This document shows, in pieces, positions 19,021 through 28,850 of a stretch of DNA of 64,000 bases. The stretch is from an uncultured Acidobacteriota bacterium (lineage in GTDB: Bacteria > Acidobacteriota > Thermoanaerobaculia > UBA5066 > Gp7-AA6), in contig CAVXTP010000006.1 in the NCBI GenBank assembly GCA_963764715.1, forward strand, positions 128,001 through 192,000, written 5' to 3'. The position numbers were made by a program, and so were the translations under genes. The notes beneath the pieces were generated by a model that searched no databases, was not told the origin of the DNA, and saw nothing but the letters and a program-made list of their open reading frames with translations. Position 1 is the first letter of the stretch. Each line of letters begins with the position of its first letter.

Positions 19021-19761
19021 TCAGGAGCCCGGACCCGGGGCCTGTCCTTTCAGCCGATCGGCGACCAGGTTCGCGGCTCGCGCGTTTCCGCCTTCCTGCA
19101 GGATCTGGGCCGCCCGGCGAAGAGTCGGGTGGTCGTCCGGGAGCATCCGTATCGCAAGGTCGGGGCCGAGCGTCTCGACCGCCGTCGGAAGCGCCGCCCG
19201 GAGGAAGTCCGGGCTCGCGAAGGCGCGCTGCAGGACCGCTTCGGCCCGCTTGCGGTCGTCGGCGGACAGGGACTCCCAGGTCGCGAGGTAACGGCTTCCG
19301 AGCTCGCTCCACGCCAGATCCAGGCCGGGCGCCGCGGCCGTCGCGAGCGTGAGGGGCCGCTCCCAGCCTGCCGGCGGTCCGCTCAGCGCGGCCGAGCGCC
19401 CGAGCGAGAGCCGCGCGAACGCGGACCCGGGTCGCTTCTCGACGACCCCGAGGATGACCGCCCGGGCGTTCTCTCCCGGCGGCGGCTTCGCGGCGTCGCC
19501 GGCCGGCGCCGCCGCGAGCGCCTCGACGAGGACGATCCCCGCTTCGCCGTTTTCGTCGATCACGTCGGCCGTCTCGAGCGCGGCCGGGAAGCGGCGGGCG
19601 CCGTCCTGTTGCCGCGCGACCGCGTCCCAGTCGCGGCGTTCCTGCGTGTCGCGGACCATCATCGACACGGCCGCCGCGGTCAGCAGAACGCACCCGATCG
19701 CGAGGACCCAGCGCGGACCCGTCTTCGATGCGCGCAGTCCCGAATAGGCCTGGGGGCTCAC
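19021..19761 (-). CDS. Hypothetical membrane-anchored helical (TPR-like) protein
   Basis: GTG at 19761 overlaps the phosphatase stop (GTGA). N-terminal hydrophobic segment WVLAIGCVLLTAAAVSMMV, then Ala/Leu-rich helices. Confidence 0.6.
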   Translation of the reverse strand: MSPQAYSGLRASKTGPRWVLAIGCVLLTAAAVSMMVRDTQERRDWDAVARQQDGARRFPAALETADVIDENGEAGIVLVEALAAAPAGDAAKPPPGENARAVILGVVEKRPGSAFARLSLGRSAALSGPPAGWERPLTLATAAAPGLDLAWSELGSRYLATWESLSADDRKRAEAVLQRAFASPDFLRAALPTAVETLGPDLAIRMLPDDHPTLRRAAQILQEGGNARAANLVADRLKGQAPGPGS

Positions 19762-20522
19762 CGCATCACCCGCCCCGCCGGCCGCTCGGCCGCGGGCGTC
19801 CAGGGCATGGGCCGCGAGGCCAGCACGGCCTCCGGATTCGCCTCGAAGAGCCCTTTCTCGGTTTCCTCTCCCCAGAGGCGGCGGACGTGCTCGCGCGCCG
19901 CGGCCAGCCGCGGCGGACGAAGCTCCAGGCTGTGGGAGTCCGACGCCACGAGGGACACGAGGCCCCGGCGAAGCAGCTCCTCGCTCGACGCTTTCGCGCG
20001 CTCGCCGAAGTCGCCGAGCAGCGAGCCGGCCGTCAGCTGCGCCACGGCGCCGAGACGCAACAGCCGCTCGAGGGCCGAGGGCTCCCGCCGGAAGACGGGG
20101 TGGCGTTCCGGATGGGCCACGACGGGCGTCACGCCCAGGATCGACAGCTCGTGAAAGATCGCCTCGGTCGTCCGCGTCGGCGCCGACGGCGGAAGCTCGA
20201 CTAGCAGGTACTGGCCGCGGTTCAGGCCCGTCAGCGGTCCGGCGCTCCCGCGCTCCACGAGCTCGAGCATCTCCGGCGAGAAGTAGTACTCGCAGCCGGC
20301 CAGGACCGCCGGCCGTCCGCCCAGCAGCGTGTTGAGGCGCAGGATGAGGCCGTCCCGCGCCGCCGGCTCCTCGTTCGACCACGCGTCGCGCAGCACGTGC
20401 GGCGTCGCCACCACGGTCTCGACGCCCTCGCCGGCCGCGGCCCGGCAGAGCGCCACGGCCTCGTCGAAGGTCTTCGGGCCGTCGTCGATGCCCGGCAGAC
20501 AGTGGAAATGGAGATCGATCAC
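19758..20522 (-). CDS. CpsB/CapC (YwqE-like) PHP-family protein-tyrosine phosphatase
   Basis: IDLHFHCLPGIDDG, VATPH, AHPERH and ASDSH motifs; adjacent to Wzc. Confidence 0.92.
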   Translation of the reverse strand: MIDLHFHCLPGIDDGPKTFDEAVALCRAAAGEGVETVVATPHVLRDAWSNEEPAARDGLILRLNTLLGGRPAVLAGCEYYFSPEMLELVERGSAGPLTGLNRGQYLLVELPPSAPTRTTEAIFHELSILGVTPVVAHPERHPVFRREPSALERLLRLGAVAQLTAGSLLGDFGERAKASSEELLRRGLVSLVASDSHSLELRPPRLAAAREHVRRLWGEETEKGLFEANPEAVLASRPMPWTPAAERPAGRVMR

Positions 20523-20547
20523 GCGGCGCGCCGTCGAAAACGGCCGG

Positions 20548-22807
20548 CTAGCTGTGGACCACGCGCGGGCCGCTCTTCTCCTGCTCCAGCTCGGGCCGCC
20601 CCTCCCCCGCGTACCCGTAGCCGTACTCGTAGCGGTAGTACGCCGCGTGCTCGGGCTCCAGGGCGTTGATCAGGACGCCGATGATCGGCACGCCGCTCCG
20701 CAGGATGCGGTCCCTCGCGCGGATCAGGTGCTCGCGCGCGGTCGATCCGCCCCGCACGCAGAGGACGACCCCGTCGGTCTGCATCGCGAAGACGAGGGTG
20801 TCCGACACGGGAAGCACGGGAGGCGAGTCGACGATGACGTGATCGAAGTTGACGGCGGCGAGCTCCAGGAACTTCCGCATCGCGTCCGACGCCAGCAGGC
20901 CCGAGGGGTTCGGGGCCTCCGGTCCCGCCGGAACGACGAAGACGCCGGGGACCGACGTCTTGACGATCGCCCGCGACGGCTCGATCCCCTCGGCGAGGAC
21001 GGACACGAGCCCGACGCGGTTCGGAATGTGGAAGATCTCGTGGAGCCGGGACTTGTGAAGGTCGGCGTCCACCAGGAGAACGCGCCGCCCGAGCTGGCTC
21101 AGGACGACGGCGAGGTTGACGGCGGTCGTCGTCTTCCCCTCGTGCGGGAACGCCGAGGTGATCACGACGGACTTCACGCCGCCGGCCCGGGAGAGCATCA
21201 GGGCCGTGCGGAAGGCGCGGTACGCCTCGGCCGTGGGCGACCGGGGCTCGTCGTGGGGAGCGAGCTCGATCGCATCGAGGCCCGCCTCCGGCTCCTCGCC
21301 GCCCTTGGCGGCTCCGCCGAAGATCCGGGATCGCGCGCTTCCGGGCGCCGGGGCCTTGGCGCGCACCGGAATGACGCCGAGGGGAGGCAGCTGGATGAGC
21401 CGCTCGACCTGTTCGGGCGTGCGGATGGACCGGTCGAGGTACGACAGGAAAAAGGCCAGCCCGATGCCGAGCCCGCCCCCGAGGAACAGCGTGATCAGCA
21501 GGTTCTTCTTGAGCGACGGCTCGAAGGGGCCGCCGGGCTCCAGCGCCCGGTCCACGATCCGCACGCTCGTGAGCTGGTCTTCGTGGACGCGGGAGATGAC
21601 CTCCATCTCGCCCTGCTGGCGAAGCAGGCTGTCGAGCAGGGCGCGCTTGGTGTCGATCTCCACCTTCAGGTTCCGGAATTCGACGGTGTTGCTCCCCTGC
21701 GCCAGAGCGGCGGACTGCTCGGTGCGCGTCATGGTCCGAAGGTTTTGCTCGCGGCGCAGGGCGGTCAGGTATTCGCTCTTGGCAGCCTGGACGGCCCTCC
21801 CCGCGCCTTCGGTCGTCGCGGCCGCGAGGTTGCGCCGCGAATCCTCGATCTGGGCCTTGAGTTGCTGCATGGCGGGCCACTCGGGCTTATAGATGTTGGA
21901 TTTCTCGGCGTAGTCGCGCTCGAGCCTCTGAAGCTCGGCGCGCAACGTTGCGACGACGGCCGAGTCCGCGAGCGTTTCCGGAGACGTCGCCTGCAGCTCC
22001 TGATACCTCGCTTCCTTCGCGACGCGATCGGCCACCGCCGCCGCCAGATCCCGGTTGACGGAATCGAGCTTCTGGAGGGCCGGGTTCGAGTTGGCGTCGA
22101 CGGAGACGATCTCCTTCTGGCGGCCGTACGCCAGCAGCTCCTTCTCCTTTTCCTCGATCTCGGCCTTGGCCTGCTCGATCTGCGTTCCGAGGAACTGGCT
22201 CGACTGCCCGATGAGCTTGAACCGGGACTCGACGTTCCAGTCGATGTAGGCATCCGCCACGGCGTTCGGGATCGCCGCGGCGAGCTCGCGGGACGGCGCG
22301 ATCGCCGCGAGCTCCACGAGGCTCGTGCTGCGGACGATGCTCGCGTCCAGCCACTTCCGGACCTCGAGGGCCGCGTCGATGATCTCGCTCGTCGGTCGGC
22401 TTGCGGACCTTCCCCTTCGCGTCGGGTCGGAACTCCGCGTAGCCTTCCGGGTTGAAGGTCGGGTCGGCCAGCAGATTCAGCCGGCGGACGACGCGCTCGG
22501 CGATCTCGCGGCTCTGCATGAGCTGGATCTGGCTCGGCAGGAACTCCGCGGAGGAGCCGCCGTCGCCCTGGCCGGCCGAGAACGGGACGGGGCGCGATGC
22601 CTGCCTCTCGACGTCGAGTACCGCGGTCGCCGTGTACTTCGGCTTCGTCAGGACGGTCATCAGCACGCCCGCGACGAGTCCGGCGGCGAGGCAGGTCGCG
22701 ATCAGGCGGCGCCGCTTGACCAGAATCGCCCAGTAGTCCGCGAGGTGGATCTCGCGATGCGGTGCCGCGCCTTCAGGGGCGTCGTCGAACGAATCGAGCT
22801 CAGCCAT
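20548..22807 (-). CDS. wzc: Wzc polysaccharide co-polymerase/tyrosine autokinase, one apparent frameshift near 22390
   Basis: N-terminus HLADYWAILVKRR plus TM (ATG 22807), coiled coil, second TM, AEAYRAFRT, Walker A SAFPHEGKTT, LLVDADL, IVDSPP and Tyr cluster YYRYEYGYGY. Confidence 0.9.
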
Positions 22808-23650
22808 CAGAAGAAAGACTCCTTGACGACGACCACGTCGTTGGCCTCGATCGGGATGTCGGGGTCCTTCCCCGCCACGATCCGCTTGAAGTCCACCACG
22901 GTCTCCACGTCCTTGCCGTCCGCGCCGCGGCGCTTGATCCGGATCGTGCTCGAGGCGCGGTCGCTCAGGCCCCCGGCCCGTGCGATCACCGAGAGCAGCG
23001 AGATCCGGTCGTCGCTGTCGAACTGCAGCGCGCCCGGAGCCTTGACCTCGCCGAGGCAGAAGACCGTGATCGTCGTCCGCGGGACGACGTTGATGACGTC
23101 GGCCGGCTGGATCGGGATGTTCCAGAGCTCGGTGGCGTTCTGGAAGAGGTCGTCCGTGCGGATCTCGAGCGTGTCGGAGAGTCCGTTGTCGGCCCGGCGC
23201 AGGACGAGGATGCGTCGACCAGCCTTTTCTGTCAGGCCTCCCGCGGCGGTGATCGCCGTCATGAGCGTCCAGCGTCCCGAGATCGCGAGGGAACCGGGAT
23301 GCAGGACGGCGCCGAGGACCGAGACCGGCTTGTTGGCGAACTCCTTGACGACGACCGACGACGTTGGCCCGGTTGACGTACTTCTCGACGAGCGTCGCCT
23401 CGAGCCGGGCTCGGATCTCGGTCGCGGTCAGGCCCGTGACGGGCACCGCCCCGAGCAGCGGCAGCTCGATCGCTCCGCTGTCGGACACGCGCCGCTCGAC
23501 GTTCAGCTCGGGGAGCTCGAGGACGCGGATCTCCAGCAGGTCCCTCGGGCCGACGACGTAGTCTCCCGAGCGCGACAGGCTCCTGTCCCCCGAGGACCCC
23601 GGCCGCCAGCGCACAGCGCGGCCATGGCGATGGTCACCACGGCGCCTCAT
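22807..23650 (-). CDS. wza: Polysaccharide export protein (short Wza/OPX: Poly_export + SLBB domains), frameshifted
   Basis: DYVVGPRDLLEIRV..VSDSGAIELPLLG (PES motif), then SLBB repeats (AITAAGGLT, VIARAGGLS). Ends DVVVVKESFF with no C-terminal OM helix. Break near 23360 and probably in the signal region. Confidence 0.8.
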
Positions 23651-24974
23651 CGCTGGAAGACTCCCGTGAAGGACAACATCGCGGTGTATCGAGTATAGGC
23701 GCGGCTCTCGCCCGGGATGTTCGAGTCGACGACGGTCCGATTGACACGGCCCGAGAGGACGAGGGGCCGCCAGAGGAGGACGGAGAATCCACCTCCGTAC
23801 TGTTCGGATTCGTCGCGGCGCTTGACCGGCTCGCCGTCGACAAGCTGCGCGCGCGGATAGTTGTTCGGCCCGACTAGACCGTATCCGGTCACAAGAGAAC
23901 CGGTTGCCGAGCTGGATGTTGATCTTCCCGCCGATGCCGGTTCGTCGAAGTAGTAGGGGTTCTCGATCGTGATGCTGTACGTCACGCTGCGATGGCCGAA
24001 GCCCTGGATCTCGAGCCACGTGATGGGGAACCAGGACACGAAGAACGACCCGACTCCCGTCGAGTAGTCCGGGAAGTAGGCGCTGTCCTCCCCCTTGCCC
24101 TCCCGCCATCCGCCGATGAGGTTCACGTAGAACCTCGGACGGTTGTACTCCACGCTCATCAGGCCGGCCGTGCTCGTGTTGTTGCGCAGATGTCGGCGTG
24201 ATGTCGAATTCCGACGAAGGTGCCTTCTCCCACCAGAGCGACGTTCCACTCCGGCGAGATGTGGTACCGCACTCCGCCGCGGCCGGCGGTGCTCGTCCGA
24301 TCGTTGAGAATGACGCCGACGTCCTGGAGGGGCGGGCCCTGGATCTGCTCGTAGTGGACTTCCTGATAGTCGCCGAGGCCGAAGAGCGACCACTTGGCCG
24401 TCAGCTCGAGCTCGAGCTTCGCCACGGCGCTCTTCGAAGTCTCGAAAACGAGGCTGTCCACCTCGCTGCTGTAACGATTGTACTGCTGCGCATAATTTCC
24501 GGCGAACTCGGTCGTCAGGCGGTTGAAGAACCCGTAGAGGGACGCGTTATAGACGCCGCCAAACTGATCGCGGTCGGAGAGCTTGTCGTACCAGGTGTAC
24601 TGCGGAAATGCGTCGGCGCGAAAGACGAACTTCGGACCGAAGGGCACGAGGAACCGCGCGCCGGCATTGACTGTGAAGGTCCAGTCGCCGACCGGGTTTT
24701 CCGAGGTCCCGTAGACGTTGCTGTCGTAACCGGTGTTCCACACCGAGAACGACGGCAGGATCCGGACGGGGCCCAGCCGGAGCCGGGCCTTGCTCATGTC
24801 CTCGTTGATCAGCTCGCGTTCCGGAATGGTCCGGTTCAGCGGCACCGAGTCGGACGCGAGGGACGGTCCGCCGACGCCGCCCCCGCCCTGGGCGAGCAGC
24901 GGGAAGGCGGCCAGACCGCCGACGAGCGCGAGGAGCACGGCGGCCGAAGTCGGCCCGAAGGTGCGGGTTCGCAT
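23647..24974 (-). CDS. Outer-membrane beta-barrel protein associated with polysaccharide export, frameshifted
   Basis: Signal peptide, GYDSNV motif and Tyr/Gly/Phe-rich alternating beta-strands. Pieces in ORFs 24159..24995, 21887..24109 and 23647..24393. Lies directly upstream of the OPX gene. Confidence 0.72.
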
Positions 24975-24998
24975 CAAATGCATACGGCAGGCCATCCT

Positions 24999-26339
24999 TT
25001 ACTGCCCCAGGATCTTCTTCGAGTACTCGTCGACGAGGACGCCCGACACCTTCGGCATCGCCCGCTGCATGTAGCCCCGCGCCTCGTCGGTCTTCCCGGT
25101 CTCGTAGAGGACGACCGCCGCGTAGAACATCGAGGGCGCCTCGGCGTCGGCGAACGGGGCGACGATGGCCACCTGGGTCGCTCCCTCGCGATAGGAGCCG
25201 GACAGACAGGCCGCCTCCAGCAGCGCGAGCCGGAGTTCGCGGTTGCCCGGATCCGCCTTCAGGGCTTCCGCCAGCGAACGCTGGGCCTCGGCCGCCTTGC
25301 CGGCCGCGACGAGGCGGCGGCTTTCGGCGAGCACCTCGCGGCTGTTCGATGGAGCCGCCGCCGCGGGTACCGGCGCCGGCGCGGGAGTCGGATTGGGGCG
25401 TCGCGCCCCGGGCGACTGCGGCTGAGGCGGCGGCGCGGGCGGTGGAGTCGTCCGCGGAGCCTGGGCGACCCGCTGCGGACGCTCGGAGGCGAGCTTCTGC
25501 CGGGCGCGTGCCACGTCCGGGCGGCTGGCGACGCTTTCCGGGATGTGGCGCGAGGCATCGTCGGCCCCGGACCAATCGCCGCTCTCGACGAGGACCACGA
25601 GCACGTCGCCGTAGAGCTCCGGGCGCTTCTCCAGCGCGGCCGGCGGGATCGCCGCCACGTCCGCCTTCGCCGGAGCGGTCTGGCCCCGCAGAATGCGCGC
25701 CCGCGCGCGCAGGGCGAGACCGTCCGGGTTGGATGGGTCGAGGCTCAGCGCCTTCGCCGCCCATTTTTCGGCGTCTTTTCCGTCCGACCGATCCACGGCG
25801 TCACGGGCGAGCGCGAGCGGCCAGACGACCGAATTCGGGTCTCGCCGCGAGGCGGCCTCGAGAGCGCGGCGGCGTTCCGCCGGAGGCAGTTTGGCGATCT
25901 TCTGTTCCTCGGTCTCGACCAGCCCGGCGAGGGACGGCAGCCCGAGGAGGGTCGCCTCGGGAACGCGGCGCAGCAGCAGGGCCCGGAAGTCGGCCTGGGC
26001 GGCGCCGTCGAGCCCCGGAGGCGGATAGGCGGGGAAACGGCGCTGGATCTCGAGGAACCGCTGAATCGTCGAGTCGGCGTCCGCCGCGCGGCTCGCGCCC
26101 GTCTGAGCGAGCGCCAGGCGCGCGAGCGTGTTGGAAAGCGGCCCGGGCTGGTTCAAATAACCGAACGCCGCGACCCGGAACTGGTCGATCGCTTCGAGGT
26201 AACGCTTCTCGGCGTAGAGGCTCTGGCCGGACTGAAGGCGGGCCTCGTTGAAGTCGGCGGTCGGCGGGTTCGCGCTCGCGGCGACGGCCGCCGAAGCCAC
26301 CCCGACTGCGAGTAGGATGAACCGGTGACGCTGGCTCAA
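24999..26339 (-). CDS. Secreted tetratricopeptide-repeat protein with Pro-rich linker
   Basis: TTG at 26339 with GGAGG 7 nt upstream. Signal peptide FILLAVGVASAAVAASA, TPR-like helices (AAKALSLDPSN, LAEALKADPGN) and linker TTPPPAPPPQPQSPG. Confidence 0.72.
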   Translation of the reverse strand: MSQRHRFILLAVGVASAAVAASANPPTADFNEARLQSGQSLYAEKRYLEAIDQFRVAAFGYLNQPGPLSNTLARLALAQTGASRAADADSTIQRFLEIQRRFPAYPPPGLDGAAQADFRALLLRRVPEATLLGLPSLAGLVETEEQKIAKLPPAERRRALEAASRRDPNSVVWPLALARDAVDRSDGKDAEKWAAKALSLDPSNPDGLALRARARILRGQTAPAKADVAAIPPAALEKRPELYGDVLVVLVESGDWSGADDASRHIPESVASRPDVARARQKLASERPQRVAQAPRTTPPPAPPPQPQSPGARRPNPTPAPAPVPAAAAPSNSREVLAESRRLVAAGKAAEAQRSLAEALKADPGNRELRLALLEAACLSGSYREGATQVAIVAPFADAEAPSMFYAAVVLYETGKTDEARGYMQRAMPKVSGVLVDEYSKKILGQ

Positions 26340-27767
26340 CGCCTGGCCTCCGCGGCGCGAGAGACGCTCTTCCCGGCGGATACCGACGGGAGGGACCGGC
26401 TCGCTTTTGTCATGCTCCTGGCGTTCATCCTCGTCGCTCCGTGGCTGGGAAGCGCCCGCCTGCCCGCCTCGGTCGCCGGGGCGCCGGCCCCCGTGGGGCG
26501 GCTGCTCATTCCGGCGGCCGGGTTTGCGATCGGGGCCGTAACTTTCTCTTCCCGCTCGTCCTTTCGGTCTCTCCGTCCGCTCGTCCTGCCGCTTTCTTCG
26601 ATGCTCGCGCTGATGCTGCTCGGCGTTCTGCAGCTGAGTCCCCTGCCCGAGCCCTTGCTCGGCCAGCTTGCTCCCGTGAACCTTCAAATTTACCACGAAA
26701 CCACTGAGCTTTTGACTCTTTACGGCCGGCCGGCACCCCTGCCGATGGTCTCGCTCGCCCCCGATGAAACCGCCGCAACTGTTCTCCGTCTGGGCGGTTA
26801 CGCGGCTCTCGGGGTGGCCGCCGTGCACCTCCTGAGGACCCGCTTGAGGAGGCGGGCCTTCGCCTGGACCGCGATTGCCGCGGGGTTCCTCCAGATCGTC
26901 GCCGCCGGTCTGCTGAAAGCGGTCGGCGCGACCGGTCTTCTCCCGTTTCCGTCCACTTCCGACCTCGGGGGGTATCTGCTCGTCCTCCTGCTGGTGGCCA
27001 TGGGCACGCTCTGGGCCGAGGTCCTGACCAACCGCGACCGCGGCCGCGAAGCGGCCGACCGGGGCGAGAGGCTGGCGCAGCGGATCACGCCGCTCGGGGC
27101 GCGCATCACCGCCTGCGCCGTGCTCGGCGCGGGCATCTTCTACATCCGGTCGGCCGTCAGCATGGCGGCGGGGGGAGCGGCCATCCTGCTGTTTCTCCTC
27201 CTCGCGGGGCGCCATCCGCTGCGCCTGCGGCGCACGGCGGCCGCGGGCGCGTTCGGCTTCGCGACCCTCGTCCTCTTCGGATCGGAGGCTCAGGCGCTCC
27301 CGCTCGCCGTCGCGGGGACAGCCATCGATCGGCGCCTGGCGATCTGGCAGGCCTGCATCGACACGTGGCATCAGTTTCCGATCCTGGGCTCGGGGCTCGG
27401 AGCCTTTCGCGACGCCTTCCGCCGCATCCAGCCACGCGAGCTTTCGGGGCTCGTCGACAACGCCCGGTCCGACCCGCTTCAGATTCTCGTCACCGGAGGA
27501 GCCGTGGGGGCGCTCTTCGCCGCCGTGGCGTGCGTTTCCCTGCTCGTACTTCTTCTTCGCCGGTGGAAGGCCCAGCGCCATCGAGAGGAGAGCGCGTACG
27601 CGCTGGCGGGGATCGGGGCCCTCGTGGCGCTCGGGCTCGACGGCCTCGCCGAATTCAACCTCGGGGCGCCCGCCGTCCCGGCCACGCTTGCCTGCGTGAT
27701 CGGAATGGCGATCGCCGCCGGCGACGGCAGTCCCCGCGATCAGTCCTGGACCCCGCGGAAGCCCTGA
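26325..27767 (+). CDS. O-antigen ligase / Wzy_C family membrane protein
   Basis: About 12 hydrophobic segments; RLAIWQ..FPILGSGLGAF and NARSDPLQILVTGG (the usual HAHND His-motif is altered). Confidence 0.78.
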   Translation: MTLAQRLASAARETLFPADTDGRDRLAFVMLLAFILVAPWLGSARLPASVAGAPAPVGRLLIPAAGFAIGAVTFSSRSSFRSLRPLVLPLSSMLALMLLGVLQLSPLPEPLLGQLAPVNLQIYHETTELLTLYGRPAPLPMVSLAPDETAATVLRLGGYAALGVAAVHLLRTRLRRRAFAWTAIAAGFLQIVAAGLLKAVGATGLLPFPSTSDLGGYLLVLLLVAMGTLWAEVLTNRDRGREAADRGERLAQRITPLGARITACAVLGAGIFYIRSAVSMAAGGAAILLFLLLAGRHPLRLRRTAAAGAFGFATLVLFGSEAQALPLAVAGTAIDRRLAIWQACIDTWHQFPILGSGLGAFRDAFRRIQPRELSGLVDNARSDPLQILVTGGAVGALFAAVACVSLLVLLLRRWKAQRHREESAYALAGIGALVALGLDGLAEFNLGAPAVPATLACVIGMAIAAGDGSPRDQSWTPRKP

Positions 27768-27789
27768 ACGAGTCCGATATCCTGCGCCG

Positions 27790-28716
27790 ATGACTGAAGC
27801 GACGGCATCGGGGATCGTTCTCGACGGCACCGAGCTCGCCCGGAAGATTCGGCTCGGCCTGCGGGACAAAGCGGACGCCCGGACGCCGGCCCCGGGGCTC
27901 CGCGTGCTCCTCGTGGGAGACAACCCGGCATCGCAGTCCTACGTCGGCGCGAAGACCCGGGCCGCGCTCGAGGCCGGGATCCGCGCCGAGACCTTGCGGC
28001 TGCCCGGAGACATCCGTCCGGAATCGCTTCTGGCGGAAGTCGCGCGGGCCAACGACGACCCGTCGATCCACGGCATTCTCATCCAGCTTCCGCTTCCGGA
28101 GGGCCACGTGGCCGCGACCGTGCTCGACTCGGTCGATCCTTTGAAGGACGTCGACGGATTCCACCCCGAGAACGTCGGGCTCCTTCACCAGGGCCGGCCG
28201 CGATTCGTTCCGTGCACGCCGGCCGGGATCATGGAGCTGCTCGCGGCCTACGAGATCCCGCTCCGGGGCAAGCGCGCCGTGGTGCTCGGCCGCAGCGACA
28301 TCGTCGGCAAGCCCATGGCCGCGCTCCTGACGGCACGCGACGCCACGGTCACGGTGTGTCACTCGAAGACGCCCGACATCGCCGCCATCTGCCGCGAGGC
28401 GGACGTCCTCGTTGCGGCCATCGGCCGGCCCGGCTTCGTGACGCGCGACTTCGTCCGGCCGGGAGCCGCCGTCGTGGACGTCGGCATCAATCGACTCGAG
28501 TCGCTGGATGCGACGCCGGAAAACCTCCGGCGGTCCGAAAGGATCCGCCGGATCGTGGCCGAGAAGGGCCGCGCGCTCGTCGGCGACGTCGACTACGACG
28601 ACGTGGCCCCGGTGGCGGGGTGGATCACGCCGGTGCCCGGCGGGGTCGGCCCGCTCACCGTTGCGATGCTCCTCTCCAATACGATTAAGGCGGCTGGCCT
28701 AAGAGACGGAAAATAA
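27790..28716 (+). CDS. folD: Bifunctional methylenetetrahydrofolate dehydrogenase/cyclohydrolase
   Basis: VGDNPASQSYV, HGILIQLPLP, KDVDGFHP, PCTPAG, GRSDIVGKP, DVGIN and TPVPGGVGPLTVAML motifs. Confidence 0.97.
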   Translation: MTEATASGIVLDGTELARKIRLGLRDKADARTPAPGLRVLLVGDNPASQSYVGAKTRAALEAGIRAETLRLPGDIRPESLLAEVARANDDPSIHGILIQLPLPEGHVAATVLDSVDPLKDVDGFHPENVGLLHQGRPRFVPCTPAGIMELLAAYEIPLRGKRAVVLGRSDIVGKPMAALLTARDATVTVCHSKTPDIAAICREADVLVAAIGRPGFVTRDFVRPGAAVVDVGINRLESLDATPENLRRSERIRRIVAEKGRALVGDVDYDDVAPVAGWITPVPGGVGPLTVAMLLSNTIKAAGLRDGK

Positions 28717-28752
28717 TTAGGCACAACTTACGTCTAACCTAATGTAATAAGG
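28707..28752. promoter_or_regulatory. AT-rich pair of 15-bp boxes (consensus CCTAAT-N3-ATTAGG), 16-nt spacer
   Basis: CGGAAAATAATTAGG (28707-28721, half match) and CCTAATGTAATAAGG (28738-28752). Same geometry as 29788-29833. Confidence 0.45.
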
Positions 28753-28850
28753 GTTTAGACTCCCCCTCAAATCTCTGCCCGGCGCGGCGATGAGACGAGG
28801 CCGTAAGGACGCGGATTTGGAGGGCAACCATTCCCGGCTACAGCCTCGGA

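Noticed and set aside
1292-24974. Programmed frameshifting or phase variation at the broken genes
   Set aside because: The breaks inspected are not in long homopolymers, SSR tracts or slippery heptamers, and are too numerous; sequencing error is more parsimonious.
28732-28760. GTCTAACCTAA resembling a XerD arm of dif or a DtxR/IdeR half-site
   Set aside because: The partner arm does not match XerC or the other IdeR half; the 15-bp double-box pattern explains the region better.
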